From the NCBI GenBank assembly GCA_002633005.1, contig NMRA01000851.1, forward strand, positions 1-64,000: a stretch of 64,000 nucleotides of DNA. The letters run 5' to 3'. Below, piece by piece: positions 40,101 to 53,800 of this stretch (its first letter is position 1; each line of letters opens with the position of its first letter). Below the pieces are notes generated by a model. The model did not search any database, was not told the origin of the DNA, and saw only the letters and a program-made list of their open reading frames with translations. This stretch comes from Phoronis australis. Its lineage: Eukaryota; Animalia; Phoronida. A program made the position numbers and the translations under genes.

Positions 40101-41848
40101 TTGCGTTGATTAAAATGAAGGGGGACACTTAAATGTTTGCACAGATTTCCAAAAGGGCTCTCAACAACATATAATTATAAGTAAAATATAATATAGTCAG
40201 GTAGTCAGGGAAAAATGAATACGGATAGCAAAGCAACAATTAAAAGAGGTTGAGAATGTAGAGAATAAATAACTGACGAGGGGTTGAAGAAATTACTTAA
40301 GAGACATGAAATTCAACAAAGATGTGACGCTAAATATTGAGCGTATTAACACCTGAAAGGCCCCATGTTGTGATATTGCAAAACCACTTTTGGATACACC
40401 TTTCAAGAATTTTGGAAATTGCAGGGAAGTCCGATATTGCTTTACAATTCTCGAAGTGTCTTGAAAACACGAATAACGAACGCATTTTCTATCCCACGGG
40501 AAACTATGTCGCAATCTCATCGCAGTGATGTCGGTATATAGGCGTAAACATTGTTCACTTCTTTTTCTCCCTTATAATAAAGATCTTGGTAAGCATTTAT
40601 CGGTAACGGGCTGATTATTGACTAAGTAACGATATTCGTGCAGTCTGTATTGTTATATATAACAAAGACGCTCGTGGCATACATGTAGATCTCATAAGTT
40701 AAACACGATTATATAACCACAAGCTACTTTTTGGCTTCGACATTTAGTCTACTGTCAAGTAGGCAACAGTATTCATGGTTATGGTTTCGGGTTGTAGACA
40801 GATTCCGGACTTTTAGCCTTTGCATGATTTCATGAAACAGATTTAGTTGTACTAGAATGACATTTAGCTAAAAGAAAAATGCTGCAGCCTCTTCGAGAAA
40901 CAAATCCCCGGACCCTATGTTCGGGTTGCTTCACGTATTGACTCACCGTCTGTACACTCGGGTGGGTCACAAAATTCGTAAGTGCTGGAAGTAGGGTTAG
41001 GGTCCACATAGCACCACAGCCGGTTTTGTGTATCGGGAGAATTATGGCAGTCACTGTTGTCGCGGCATTTCTTACCCGTCCGTGTTACTTTAAGTTTCTC
41101 CGAGTGTGCGTAGTTATTACTCCGATCGTAGCAGCCTTACAAGAATTATACGTTATAGGTGGCATGCGTATAATTGACTAAAGTTTCAATTAGCAGTTGT
41201 GAACTTGGGTATTTCACATTATTGAGATCTCAAAATCAATATACTCACCCCCCGTGAAAATCAAACTTCGTTTACCATTTATCGTATGCACAGATATCAA
41301 ATGCCGATAAAACCACTTTGCTGTAGTGAAGCAATTACATATTATGGAACATGTCATCTTGTAAAATGTTGGAACTAAATGTACGACGATTTGAAGTATG
41401 GTATTCGCAAGCCAAAAGAAAGATGATTAAACTACAGGTGCTTGAATTTGTAACAACCCTGAACCCTAAAGCTCTCTTTTCAAGAGACTGGAGGAGATAC
41501 GGGAACGCATCAAAATGAAATACGAGTTTAAGTAACGATTTAAATCATTACTGGAGGATTCACTTTGTCTTTTTAAACACAATACTCACCGATAGGCTCG
41601 AAATAAACAGCTACCTCACAAAGCGATAAGTTGTCTTCCGTCGTCGAGACCTTCAATGTGTTGCCATACGTATCTTTTTTACACTTAATTACCGTGCCTT
41701 TGTTTACTGGAAGTTCGCCTTCCCAATGGAAACATTCCGTTTGTATATCGTCTTCTGTGTACACTAACAGCTTGATGTTGCTCAGTGGTCTCCGGACTAC
41801 AAGGTGAAGATAAATATGAAATACACAAACGCAGAGGGAGAGAGAACA

Positions 41849-41887
<39 letters not shown>

Positions 41888-44800
41888 AGGGAGGGAGGGT
41901 GAGGAAGGGTGGAGTTATACATGGAATATTATAAAGATGGGGCAAGGGCTAGAGAGACAAATTTCATCGAACAGAGTTCATTGATCATCCGTGTGACATT
42001 TTTGGGCTTGCACAAAGGTCAGCGATGAATCGGCCAGGAGAGTTAAACTTCGAACTGAGTGTCGACTGCAAAGCATCAATTCAAATGGGGCTATTCGGAA
42101 AATCTGCAATAACTAGAGGGCATGCTTGTACTAGTGGTGATAGATTAACAGCCTCGACTTCGCGAGCCCTTTAAATACATGGTGAAATGGCTTGCAGCCG
42201 TGCAACTGAATCTGAGATTGCGTAAAAAGGGTGCTTCTAAGAGAGGAAGTAAGCACGACCTCATACAAAGGTAAGGTTTGTGATTATTTTAACAATTATT
42301 CCATGATTATTCTACCGATGCCTGTTAACTGAGGCACTCGCCGATGTCGACTTCGCGGCAGTCAGTCGCCAGCCATTGTCTGGTTAATCTTTGTATGTTG
42401 TGACATGTGATACGATACTTGATGTAGCAATCGGGATCTTTTCGTAGATCAAAGCATTATTATTGTTTGTAATGATTTCTTAAAGTTTATCAGTGACAGT
42501 TACACATCAATCAATGCTGAATGTTTATGCTGTCAACTCGATACAGGCTAATGAGTTAAGATTACAATCCAATCCCAATGGCAAAGGGTACGTGAGTGAT
42601 AAATATCCATTGCATTAGACTATTTGTTTACTCCCTATCATCTTCTTCTGGAAATCTATTACACGTTGAAATGGAAATCTATCACGTCAGTTTTCACGTA
42701 ACCTTTGGTTTTTAGGTTTGAAGGCTTCTACCGTGCAGAGGAGATATGCATCGCTTCTGCGCCGTCCCTGAATGGACAAAAATTGTTTTTTAGCATTTGA
42801 CTGCAGCTAACCAACAAGATCTTCCCATCCAGTGCAGATCTGTTGTCAAAGCCTACATGTACTTTCAATATTGGAGACAACGAACAAAGCCTTTGAAAAA
42901 GAACAGCTATTTTTAAAGTCATTTTGTTAAATTACTTATTCAGGCCCCAAGGGGGGATTGGCATAGGGGGTTGTAATATTTGGTACAACGTGTGGAAATA
43001 ACAGGTAATACATGTTCGGGAAAAGAGCATGGTGTGGTAATTCTTAACCTTCATGAAGTCCCTTCAAGTTGATTTCATGAAACTCTTTTGCTACTTGTAT
43101 CAATTGTAAAACCACGGAAATATATTACATTTTCTGAATTCACAGTGACTGAATAGTCTTAACTCATGCCTTGAAAGTCGTTATGAATTCAAAGGACTGC
43201 CATTTTTGTGAAATATCATTTTTGATGGTGCCTTAAGATTTGTAATTACTCTTAAACAACAGAAAGATTATCCATGACCCAAGTCTTTATATCGTCTATT
43301 AAGAGAAAAACGATTCCCTCAACCTTAGGCTAGAAGTATGCTTGACAGACCCATGAACCTGTAATCTGAGTTTAAAATTGCTGAAAGTATCAAAATTAAA
43401 AAGGCTTGAAAATGGGTAACAAAGGTTTGAAGTTGTCTCAAAAACTTGTATATTTTACAGACAAGTGATGCGTTTAAAGAATTGTTATGGCTAGGGATAA
43501 AAAATAAAGACACAGTTTTATGCAATACTCATTATATACACCCTTGGTTTCTGAAAATAGCAATTATTTACTTTTATGTAAAACTGTAGACCAATCACCA
43601 TATATTTTTGAAAAACAGGGATAACATTTTGATCCAATCTGGAGTACTTAATTATTCATATTTCAATATTTGTTCCAGGATCAGTGACATTTTAAGGCCA
43701 CTTCAAACTGTATCATAGACAAGCTTTGTTACTCCGTTCTCTTCCCACAGCACTTCCACAAACCAGCAGTGCTGCATGGCACAATATGCTAGTCAGTGGC
43801 CCTGGAGAAATGTGAATCGCAGTACTAAGTTACCATAAGACAATGTTCCAGTGGAGTGTCTGTGTATCCAGACGAACTATATCTGACTGCTACACAAATA
43901 AGCCTTGTTGGTGAGGATGCCCTTTCATAGACAATGAGTCATGTGTGGAAAATAGCTTATTTCCTTTCCTTGAAGAAACATGAGAGACTGAAGCTAAAGA
44001 AGACCTAGTCACACTCTGGTCTAGTTCAGAGTCTGATTTTGGGCTCAAAACGATTCAACTGATATGCTGCTGTGTTTACCTTCAATGGTCTAATTGTGGA
44101 TGTTATTGAGGCTTAATGAGGTTATATGAAAGAAAGCCACGTGTTGAAACTGGATCTTTTTTACAAGCACTTCTATAGGCCATTTAAACTAGAACCCAGT
44201 CAAATGAAAGCCAAAAGCTGAGTGACATTAAATTTTCCTTTCAGAAGAAAGGCTTTATACTATCGGTAAAAACTTTTCAATTTGGTACAGATTATGGGGA
44301 AATGACATTCAGTGACTGCATCAATTGTCTTATTGTATGTTTTCATTTGTAGCTAGAGTAGCTGGATAAGAATTTGCTATGCACAAAATTCGAGAATAAA
44401 CAATTATCAGTATATTTAAGAACGAATGGCAAACTGAAAAAGCACAGAAAGAAACAACATTGCGAGGGAGTCCATAATCAGGCATATCAGGTACTGAATT
44501 TCTGAAATACGCTCAATTTTCTCAGGTTATTGCTGAAGGATTGCTTTTCACTTTCTCCAACGGTGAAATAGATGGTCAGGCGGTTGGTTTCAGTTGTTTT
44601 TTCTTGCCTGTAACAGAATAGAAATATAAGCAAATTGTAAAAGAAAAGACAAGACAAAACTACTTTTGTAAGGCAGAACATACTTGACCTTTCATCTTCA
44701 TGCTTATGTGTAGAAACTAATAACCTTTGTACCCAAGTCTTATTTAATATCTGAATTAAAATAAGTGAAACAGGCTAAAAGTGATTTAACATTGTGTATT

Positions 44801-47800
44801 TTTCATGACACTTAAAATGTGCTTCTGATCTCAACAAGTAAAATTCATTCTAGGTGTCAATTTTTTTCCAATGCAATGTTACGACAGTTACTGAATTAAG
44901 GCTTATTCATGTTAATTCGATAACTGAGCTGGTGGTCCTGGGGGTGGGGTCCACGATAAAATAAGGAAACTCACTCATCTAGAGAATTTTATTGGAAACA
45001 GCATAGTTTTGAAGAGAAACTGCTGTGAAAAAGTCACTCTTGACTTCTGTGCATCACGTACTATACACCTCTTATCTTGGGAGCACTCCCACCCAGGACA
45101 ATATGAATATGTGCTGCTAGCCTATCCGGAATCAGGTGAGTTTCCAAAAAGAAACACTTAGTTCGACTCTATAAACCTGTTATTCAGTGGAGTAACTGGT
45201 GGGGATAACATCACCGAACGATGTTGATAGAAACTGATTGCTAAAAACTTACCAAGTAATGTTGTGTAGTCTCCGAATGGAAAAATTCCATCATTTACCA
45301 GTTGTTTACATGCAGACAGCCACGCATGCGCAATTCAATCACCACTAGTACAGCAGCGACACCGCGAGCAGAATTCTCCGAATAGCCCCATTGGCATTGC
45401 GTTTGGCTGCGTTGATTAAGGTGTTTCAAGGTTCTGGTTTAAAATCTCACGTTATCTCGAGGGGTTTGTGGACAAGTCTATGACTTCACTCAATTATCTA
45501 GAAGTGCACTGTACATAGTGCAAGGCTTATCCCTTGGAAAGGGACAGAGGACTCCACTTCCCCCCGTATAATCCAGCATTCTTAACGAGCGAAAGGTAGA
45601 AATGTCCGCCAACAACCAACCACGTCTCTAAGTAAGTGATCATTTTATATACTACTATGAAACGGACCTTGGATTCACAGGTATTCCTTCAGGTTAACGG
45701 GTCTCAGAAGTCGAAGAGCAGAGCGTCATTTTCATCCTTTAATTTGCAGCCTAATAAACTATAAACTCATGTTTAAGATAATGTACACACAGTACGCTTG
45801 TACATCCAAGATCAACACTTTGGTCAACTTCGCAATATCACATCGCATAAGTAATATATGATCCATGAGAATCTTTCAGATACCCTACCTTATAAATTGT
45901 TCTCTAGAACGCTGTTTTAAAAGATTGCACTTTTCAATAAAGACCTACTGTATCTGTACACAGGACTGGCATGATTTGTCTAAGCAGGTTGAAATTAGTC
46001 AAAATCACGACAATATTTTAAAAATTGCAATAGCGTTTCTGAAACAGTACGTTGATTAGTCTTGGGTCAGGAAGTTAGTTATGTACTTGACCGTGTTAGT
46101 TTGCTAGGAATGTAACGTTCGATCTGTTTGTATTTTAAGTATCGTTACGTGAGCATCTTATTGTTATACTGGTTTACTGAAAACACTGACATTTTACCCA
46201 AAATCTGCTGGCAAAAAATCGTGCTTTTGCTATAGTTTGTACAAACTTTTCGATATACTGTAATCCTGCATAACATTGATCTCGCTGGCACATGAATATC
46301 CCAATTAATCTTTACATAATCATCCATTTTTGAAGTTGCATGACTTTCCTTTGGGAAGGGGCCGTTTATCAAGACCAACGCAAATTAAATTTTTAGTCTT
46401 TTTGTAATATCTAAAACGAACCAATTTAAAACTGCTCTCCACATCGCAGGTTATAACTATGTGCAAATAACAGAGAAAAAAAATTTGGGTGTAATAACAG
46501 CCACCATTGTTTAAGAAACTAATGCTAACTATTACTTTTCCACTTCATTAGCTAAGGGACCCGTTCCAACAAAACTGACTTAGCTAAGACAAATCTTAAA
46601 TTTTAGTAAATTTTAAAATAAAAGTTAAGTTCATTTCAAAACCAATTCAAGAAAGAGATCTTAAGTTGACTTAAGTGTTTAACAGAAGTTTTGTCTTAAT
46701 TTTGTCAAACTTACCGAATGTGGAAGTTTCAAAGTTTAGAAGTTAAGACAATTCTTAAACTTAAGTCAAAAATGAACTTAAGTCAGTTTCTTGGAACAGG
46801 CCCCAGATCTACATCAATACAAAGGGCGTGCTGAATAGGCCAACGGAATCAGAGCGGTGACCATTGTAAGCTAGAAATTTTCAACATGAAAAAACATACG
46901 ACCTCCAGGAGCCTTCCGACAACTACAGGGATAGAATTGGGAATTTCTCATCTTGTTATCATAATCAACCTCAGTGGTGTGATTTAAAGTTGTAGGATCA
47001 GGAAAATGCTTATCCAATATGACTCTGGGGAATTCACTAGATGAAGTAGTGCATGTCCATCAACGCGTAGGATTGTCTCCAAATGAACAGTCTGATCTTC
47101 CCTCAGGACCTGAACAAGATAGACTTGACCATTCCTGCCACGAGCTCCGATTTGTGACACAGACTGTCAATTCATTTCACTATCTGCACGTAAGGCAATC
47201 CTATGAGATTTCCTTGTAATCCGGAAGAGAAGTGAGCTCTTTGGTCCATGAAATCTGGCGATTAGTTTTTCTCCTGAGACTTATTACTCTTGTATTGTGA
47301 GCAACATTACGGACTCTAGTCAACGAATCTGGGACAGTATCACATAGCTTGTGAACTGATTTCAGCACGTGTGCGGAAATCCTGTCAATCATTTTTAATG
47401 ATTTTGCTATACACAGTGTATAGGGTACGGCGAACATGTAAATTAACACCTTGAATCCAATATACCCGTAACATAAAAAGATACATGTAGGACTGTGAAT
47501 CTACTATCCAACACCTAACCGCATCAACTGCAAGTATATTCACTAAATTCAGGTTAAAGATCTCGTGGCGATTCATAAAAACAAAAGCACTTTCATTTTG
47601 TCTGTTGCAAATGGTCAGTTTATTAGCGACATTTATTTTTTACACGGATACATCTCTACAATTGGAAACAGAACTATTGATCACCTCATGGAGAACAATG
47701 GCATCACACCTTATCATTAAAGGACTCTGACATTTACTGCATAGTTGTGGAACACTGTATCAATTGGAGGTTCTTCAACTGGTTCCTTGTCATATCTGCT

Positions 47801-50800
47801 GATATACAGAAACTTCGTGCTCATTAACGCCAAAAAGGTCGCACACTACAGTGGCAGCAGTGATAATTTAGATATCAAACCAGCTGCTATTGGCCTCAAG
47901 ATGCTATCCAGTCGCTCGTAATATGGTTTTGTATAACGAGAAACGTTAAAAGGGAACTGTATTTTATTCTGAATAAATTTTGGATATTTTTTCTATGAAC
48001 TGTTGATTAATTTCACAAATAATTCAACAACAAAGAGCAAACTTATATTCTCTGACCAAGCTCAAAAAATTACAGGCTTGTAGCGCTGCTTCTTGTGACG
48101 TATTTGGCGGGGGAAAAGTCACTGTCCTGTGTTAGCGTGCAGTCAAGTGGCGTTTTTCATATTGTCAGAATAAGAAATTTTAGAGTGAAATGTCGGGTCA
48201 CCAGGGATACCTGATTGAGTCGAGGCAACACAAAGTGATACCCAGTCGTCGTCATCGCCAGACGAAAATTTGCCGGACGGGTGCAACCAGTCCGTGTCAA
48301 CAATTTACACTGGTTTGACTGTGCCGTGGGCAGTGTGGACTCTAGCCAGTCAGTCAGCCAGCTGCCTGCCAAAACTCAGCTCTGTAAACTTGAAGACTTG
48401 GTTAGTTACCGACTATAGCTGTATGACTATCGTACCACTGTGTGTTGAGCTTCGTTAACCCCGAAATTTCAGACAGCCGTTGACAAATCAGGTACAGTTG
48501 ACTTTTGCTCGTCACCTTGTCACAAAATTAAGGCTACTTCAACATATAAAGGCAACGGACCGGCGGGGGCGCATGCAAAATCTGGTATAAACGGACACTC
48601 ACATTGTTCGCTGCAGCCGCTTAAGTTGAAAACAATCAAATAAACGTCATTTGGTAGCATATTTTGCCGCCATTTGTAACAAAGAAGTGGTTTGTCCGTT
48701 TCAGAAACATGGTGCACTCGACATTTCCTAAAAATTTGAGACGTCTTTCGGGACATGATGACAGCTTCCCAGCACCAAAGTTGTTCTAAATTTCGGTTTG
48801 CTGGCATAAAAATACTAAAAACATGTAACGAAATGAAACAAGTTCCGATAATTTATTGTAACATACATGTATACGTGTACATGCACGCAACTTAGGTACC
48901 GGCAGCGACGATAAAAGAATCGGGGGAAAAGAAACTGGTAAAGGTCAGGTGACTTAATCGCAAAAGCAGACTTGAGAGAACACATCACAACTTTAGCAGC
49001 AGCCGATGAACGATCGCTTTTCCAACACCGGTAAATACTGAAGTTAGTTTACTCTAGGAACCTGTTTTCTAGCATTACTCAAGGGTGAGATTACATGTAG
49101 TTTGAATGACATTAATTTTGAGTAAGGTTTGGGCCAAGTCTTGGGTAATCCGGCGATGGTATGCGATGACCATCCCTTTAGAAGGCACCTTTTCGAAAAG
49201 TGTGAGCAACCGGGTGCCATAATAAAAGGTATAGCGAACCTTTTACAACACTGCAGCAAGCAACAAAAATAAGGACGATTGATACATTGATAAATTACGA
49301 TGTAAAGTCTTCAAAATATGACATAAGCAATGAATGTGTAAAGCAGCCGATACCCAGCCATTCACGTAACTGACACATCAGCCAATCAGCGATCGCTTTC
49401 AGGATTTAACCATGAATACGAATCGGCTTTTGTTTGACACGCAAGTCAGGCAAATGTGAGTTTTATTTGTATGTTAGAACCGATTAACTGCAACATCATT
49501 TTGACTACAGTCCCCTTTAAAGCACCGTGTTCCCCTTACAGTAACGCTGTTGGATCAGAGACACAAAACATGTCTCTTTATTTGCATACTTCTTTTGTTG
49601 CAGGAGGACAATACCCTACAAAAATAACAATCCAGTTGAAGAAGGCACAGCGCCAAAAGTTTTATGATATTTGTCGCCAAGCAATCAGCTATTGAAACCT
49701 GGGCAGGTAATTTGATGTCATTTGCGCGCATTACACGGTTTGGCCAAGAGTACCAAAAAACAGCAGAGGTCAGGTCAATAGGTTCTTCAGGAAGGAAGTT
49801 TTAAAGTCCGACTATCTCCTTTTAAATTATACAGGCTTTTCCATAAGTTGCCTTTCACATTAGACCAGTGTTGAAGGTGGGTAGCAGTGGCACGCAGTAC
49901 ATCACCCTATAAAAAGTGGGTACCACACTCGTGGTACATACTGGGCTTCCCATATGCCAATGATGGCAATGTGTCGGGCTTCGTAACCAGTAACCGTCGA
50001 ACGATTAATGACGGGATTTAAGCCCAAGTAATCAAAACCTGTTTGAACCATTTGGCTTAATAACATTGGGATGTATCTGCAGGAATTGAAGGAGAATACC
50101 ATCCGATTGAATTAGTTTTTTTTACCTTCTATATCCACATCGCCTCTTACACGGTCGACCTCATCTTGCCGAGAGGTGTTGCGTAACCTGTGAGGAAAGT
50201 GAGAAACGACGCAGTGACGTCAGTGTTTCGTCTGCTCAGTGACTACCACTATATTGCGGTGTATCGTTCCCGCTTGTCGGAATTATGAAGCAACCAAGAG
50301 AGCCCGGAATGCTTAGGAAGTGGCTCGCAGTAGTGAAGAATGAAAGGTACACTGTTAATAGCAAGTATGAAGCCGTGAATCATCTCCGTGTCTGTGGCCG
50401 GCATTTCTTCGACAGTGATTTCTATGACGAATTCCGGCTTACCAAAGAAGTATCCATACGTTCCATTGCCTGTGCATGTTCACGGCGCCTCTCTAATATT
50501 TCTTGATCATTGTACATCGGTTCGAACTGATAGCCTGTGAAACCTAAGGACCCGACCCGATGAGCTCTCGACTAAGTCAGGACTGGCGCCGGACGAGTTG
50601 CCAAGTAGATATTTATTATTCTGCGTTCCGTTTCAAAATGAATTATTCTCATCCTAACCAATGCTTACATAAAACTGAAACAAAATTTGTCTCAATAGAT
50701 AAAATTACAATGCCTTTGCGGTGTTCGTGAGCTCCAATGTTGAGAAACCAGCAATGAACAAACCACTTCGTTATCGTTTTTTGATGCCGGCAGCAAAGGT

Positions 50801-53800
50801 AGTCCGTTTAAGCGCGTGCTTATTCAGTGTTTGCTAACAGAAAGCTGTTTTGGAACAATTACTCGATTTTGTATGCTATGGTCACATGTTAGGGGAATTT
50901 TTATTTAGAAATACAAATACAGTATTCAACTCATTGTTTCTGCACAACCTTTGCTCTGACGGTCTGTGGAAGGGGAAACCGTTTTCGCCGCCCCCGAAAA
51001 GTAAGTAGATTTTCAGTTTCGTGGCTAATTCACATAAATAATTACGTGCAAATTATTTCTTTGGATCATTTCAAATGAGAATATGTTTATACATGTAGTC
51101 TTTTCGTGACTGCAGGTTTTGTTTCCAACTCAAGGTGGTTTATGTTCGTGCCAGTCTCGGCGTTCGCGACGGGCCTGATCGAGTTCCGAGCCATCGGTCA
51201 GGATAACAAGCGATTTGCGTGTTCAGAACTCAAAAAATCGCAACTCTAAACAACACAGATCTAGGTTCTCCTATCTGTATTTCACGGAAAAATACTTTGA
51301 ATTTATCTCCGAACATACCTCAAACTTCTGCTACGGACCTTGGTAAAATGGCATGCAGATCTTTGTAGGCTACGGTGTGTCCAAAGACCAATAAATCCGT
51401 AACAGCGAAATAAAACAACACGTTTGTATAAGAACTCGGTGTACTTTTAAGGGATTTACATCGAAATTTGATGCTTTATTGGTGATAAACGATGATTTCA
51501 AGCGGTAAGCTGACACCAATAACCAGTGTTGTGAACTCCTGAACAGACTGCGTGTGAAACCAATTGGAAAATTTCAACACCTCGTCTGCCGTCAGGTGTC
51601 AGGTGACGCAACCGAACGTGCCGTTGTCGAGTAGAACTACTCGATCTAAATTGATACAAAATAGGTTGTTTTTTGGTGGCATTCTCCTTTAAGTGACGGG
51701 CGGTGGGCTGCAGACTGGGTATGTAGGTAGTTCGTGCTCTCATCATGTAGCATCCTTATGATATCGGAAAAAAGAGTTCAGGTGCCTGTACTGTACACAA
51801 TGCAGATCGCTGGTTCGTGTCTTTGCGAGTCGGTCTACATTTTCGTTGCTGTTAATACCTACATGGACCCTCACCCAGTGTTCATTGACGTTTGTTACAA
51901 CTGCAAGTTTGTTAATCTCATTAGCGCAAGCATTAGACAAGACACTTGGTTTCTGCAGGGGTTTTACTGCAACTTTGGTAATTGAAAACATGGTAATGGA
52001 CCGGTTGACCACCTTTTCATTGTACTCGCGTGACATAAACAATGATACTTCCAAGCAGCTCAAAACAAGCAATCGCATCTATTTATATGTTACAAAGCAT
52101 AATTAATACATGACTGCATAATGGGGCTCTTCGGAAAATCTACAATAACTATAGGGTGCGCGTGTACTAGTGGTGATAGATTAATAGCCTCGATTTCGCG
52201 AGCCCTTTAAATACATGGTGAAATGGCTTACAGCCGTTCCAACTGAATCTGAGATTGCGTAAAAAAGGGGCTTCTACATGTATGAGAGGAAGTAAGCACG
52301 ACCTTATACAAAGGTAAGGTTTGTGATTATTTTANAAATGCTTACAGCCGGACAAAATGTTGTGATATCCTAGATCCGCCACTGCAATCAATGCTGATTG
52401 TTTATGCTGTCAGCTCGATACAGGTTAATGAGTTAAGATTACAATCCAAGCCCAATGATAAAGCGCGGTACATGACAAATATCCATTGCGTTAGACTATT
52501 TGTTTACTCACTATCATATGTCTTCTGGAAATCTATTACACGATGAAATGGAAATCTATCACGTCTGTTTTCACGTAACCTTTGGTTTTTAGGTTTGCGG
52601 GCTTGTACCGTGCAGAGGAGACATACATCGCTTCTGTACCATCCCTGAATGGACAAAAATTGGTTTTTAGCATTTGACTGCAGCTAACCAGCAAGATCTT
52701 CCCATCCAGTGCAGATATTTTGTCAAAGCCTACAGTACAGCCAGTGAATTATTAGACTCTCTCCGGTGTCTCTCCGGTCTAGCCACCCGTGACCGTAACC
52801 GGAGACAGACCGGAGAGTGAGACGTGAATCAACCGTGACAGCTGGAATGAGCCTAACCCGGATTTTACCGTGAGTTAGGCGTGAACAAAGCGCGAGCCAG
52901 CCGTGAGCCAGGCGTGAGTTTACCTACATCGCAGATGAAAAAGTAATTTATCAAAATTATATCAGAAACTAGCAGTTATGTGTGTGTTCTCATACACTTT
53001 TGCTCATGTGAGGTTTATTTTTTTGAAATCGTCACGTTCAGCAAAAGACCAAAATTTTCTTCTCAAATCTTAAGTCACTTCAGGAAACAGACCTGTGGAC
53101 TATACTTTTCACTTATATATAATTATTTGTTTTTATATAAACTAATAAAGAATCTTAACACGCGTGTACATGGCGAACTTATTCAATTGCCTCCACGATA
53201 TAAAGGAGCATAGCATGTCAATTCTCAGCACATTGATACCAAGTTCCGGCTTCAAGCGGAGAAAACTGATCGTGCCCATGCATTTGACCAGTCAAACAGA
53301 TCACTGCTATTATTATTTTAGTGAAGAAGTACCCCGGAGATACTGTGAACTCAGTCGAAACGCATGTACTACGTGGATGGGGTTACAAATACACTGTAAT
53401 TTAACTGCACTACGGATTGAGGACTTTTTAGTCAAAACATTTGCTTGCAGGAAGGGATGGGTATGTCAGAGTGGCGGCCTATTGAATTTTTGTGTACCCC
53501 AGTGCGGTGAAAAAATTTACGAAGTGACACAATACTTCAAAAGATGCATAGGCTATTTTTAGGGCAAATTAACTATACCAACACGTGACAAGTTTATAGG
53601 AGTCCACAGCCATGTAAAGACGACTCTGGACACAGGGTTGCGTATATTCGTATTTACTAATCGTGGTTATTGTACATGTATGTCGTTGATGGGACTGGCT
53701 CTTAAGTCGTAAATAGAAAATGTACATGTAACCGTAACACAAGATGAGCTGCAGGAAGACGTTTGTATGAACAACACGTGGAATTACAAAGTGTAACCCA

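Noticed and set aside
48207-48365. TSP1-like exon (GSWLTDW...TRTGC)
   Set aside because: Cys pattern incomplete and donor phase not symmetric.
51498-51746. FTP N-half mimic (NATKKQP..YQ..SS..PDG..SH..YW)
   Set aside because: No phase-1 acceptor, an in-frame stop, and it continues the RNase H LINE relic.
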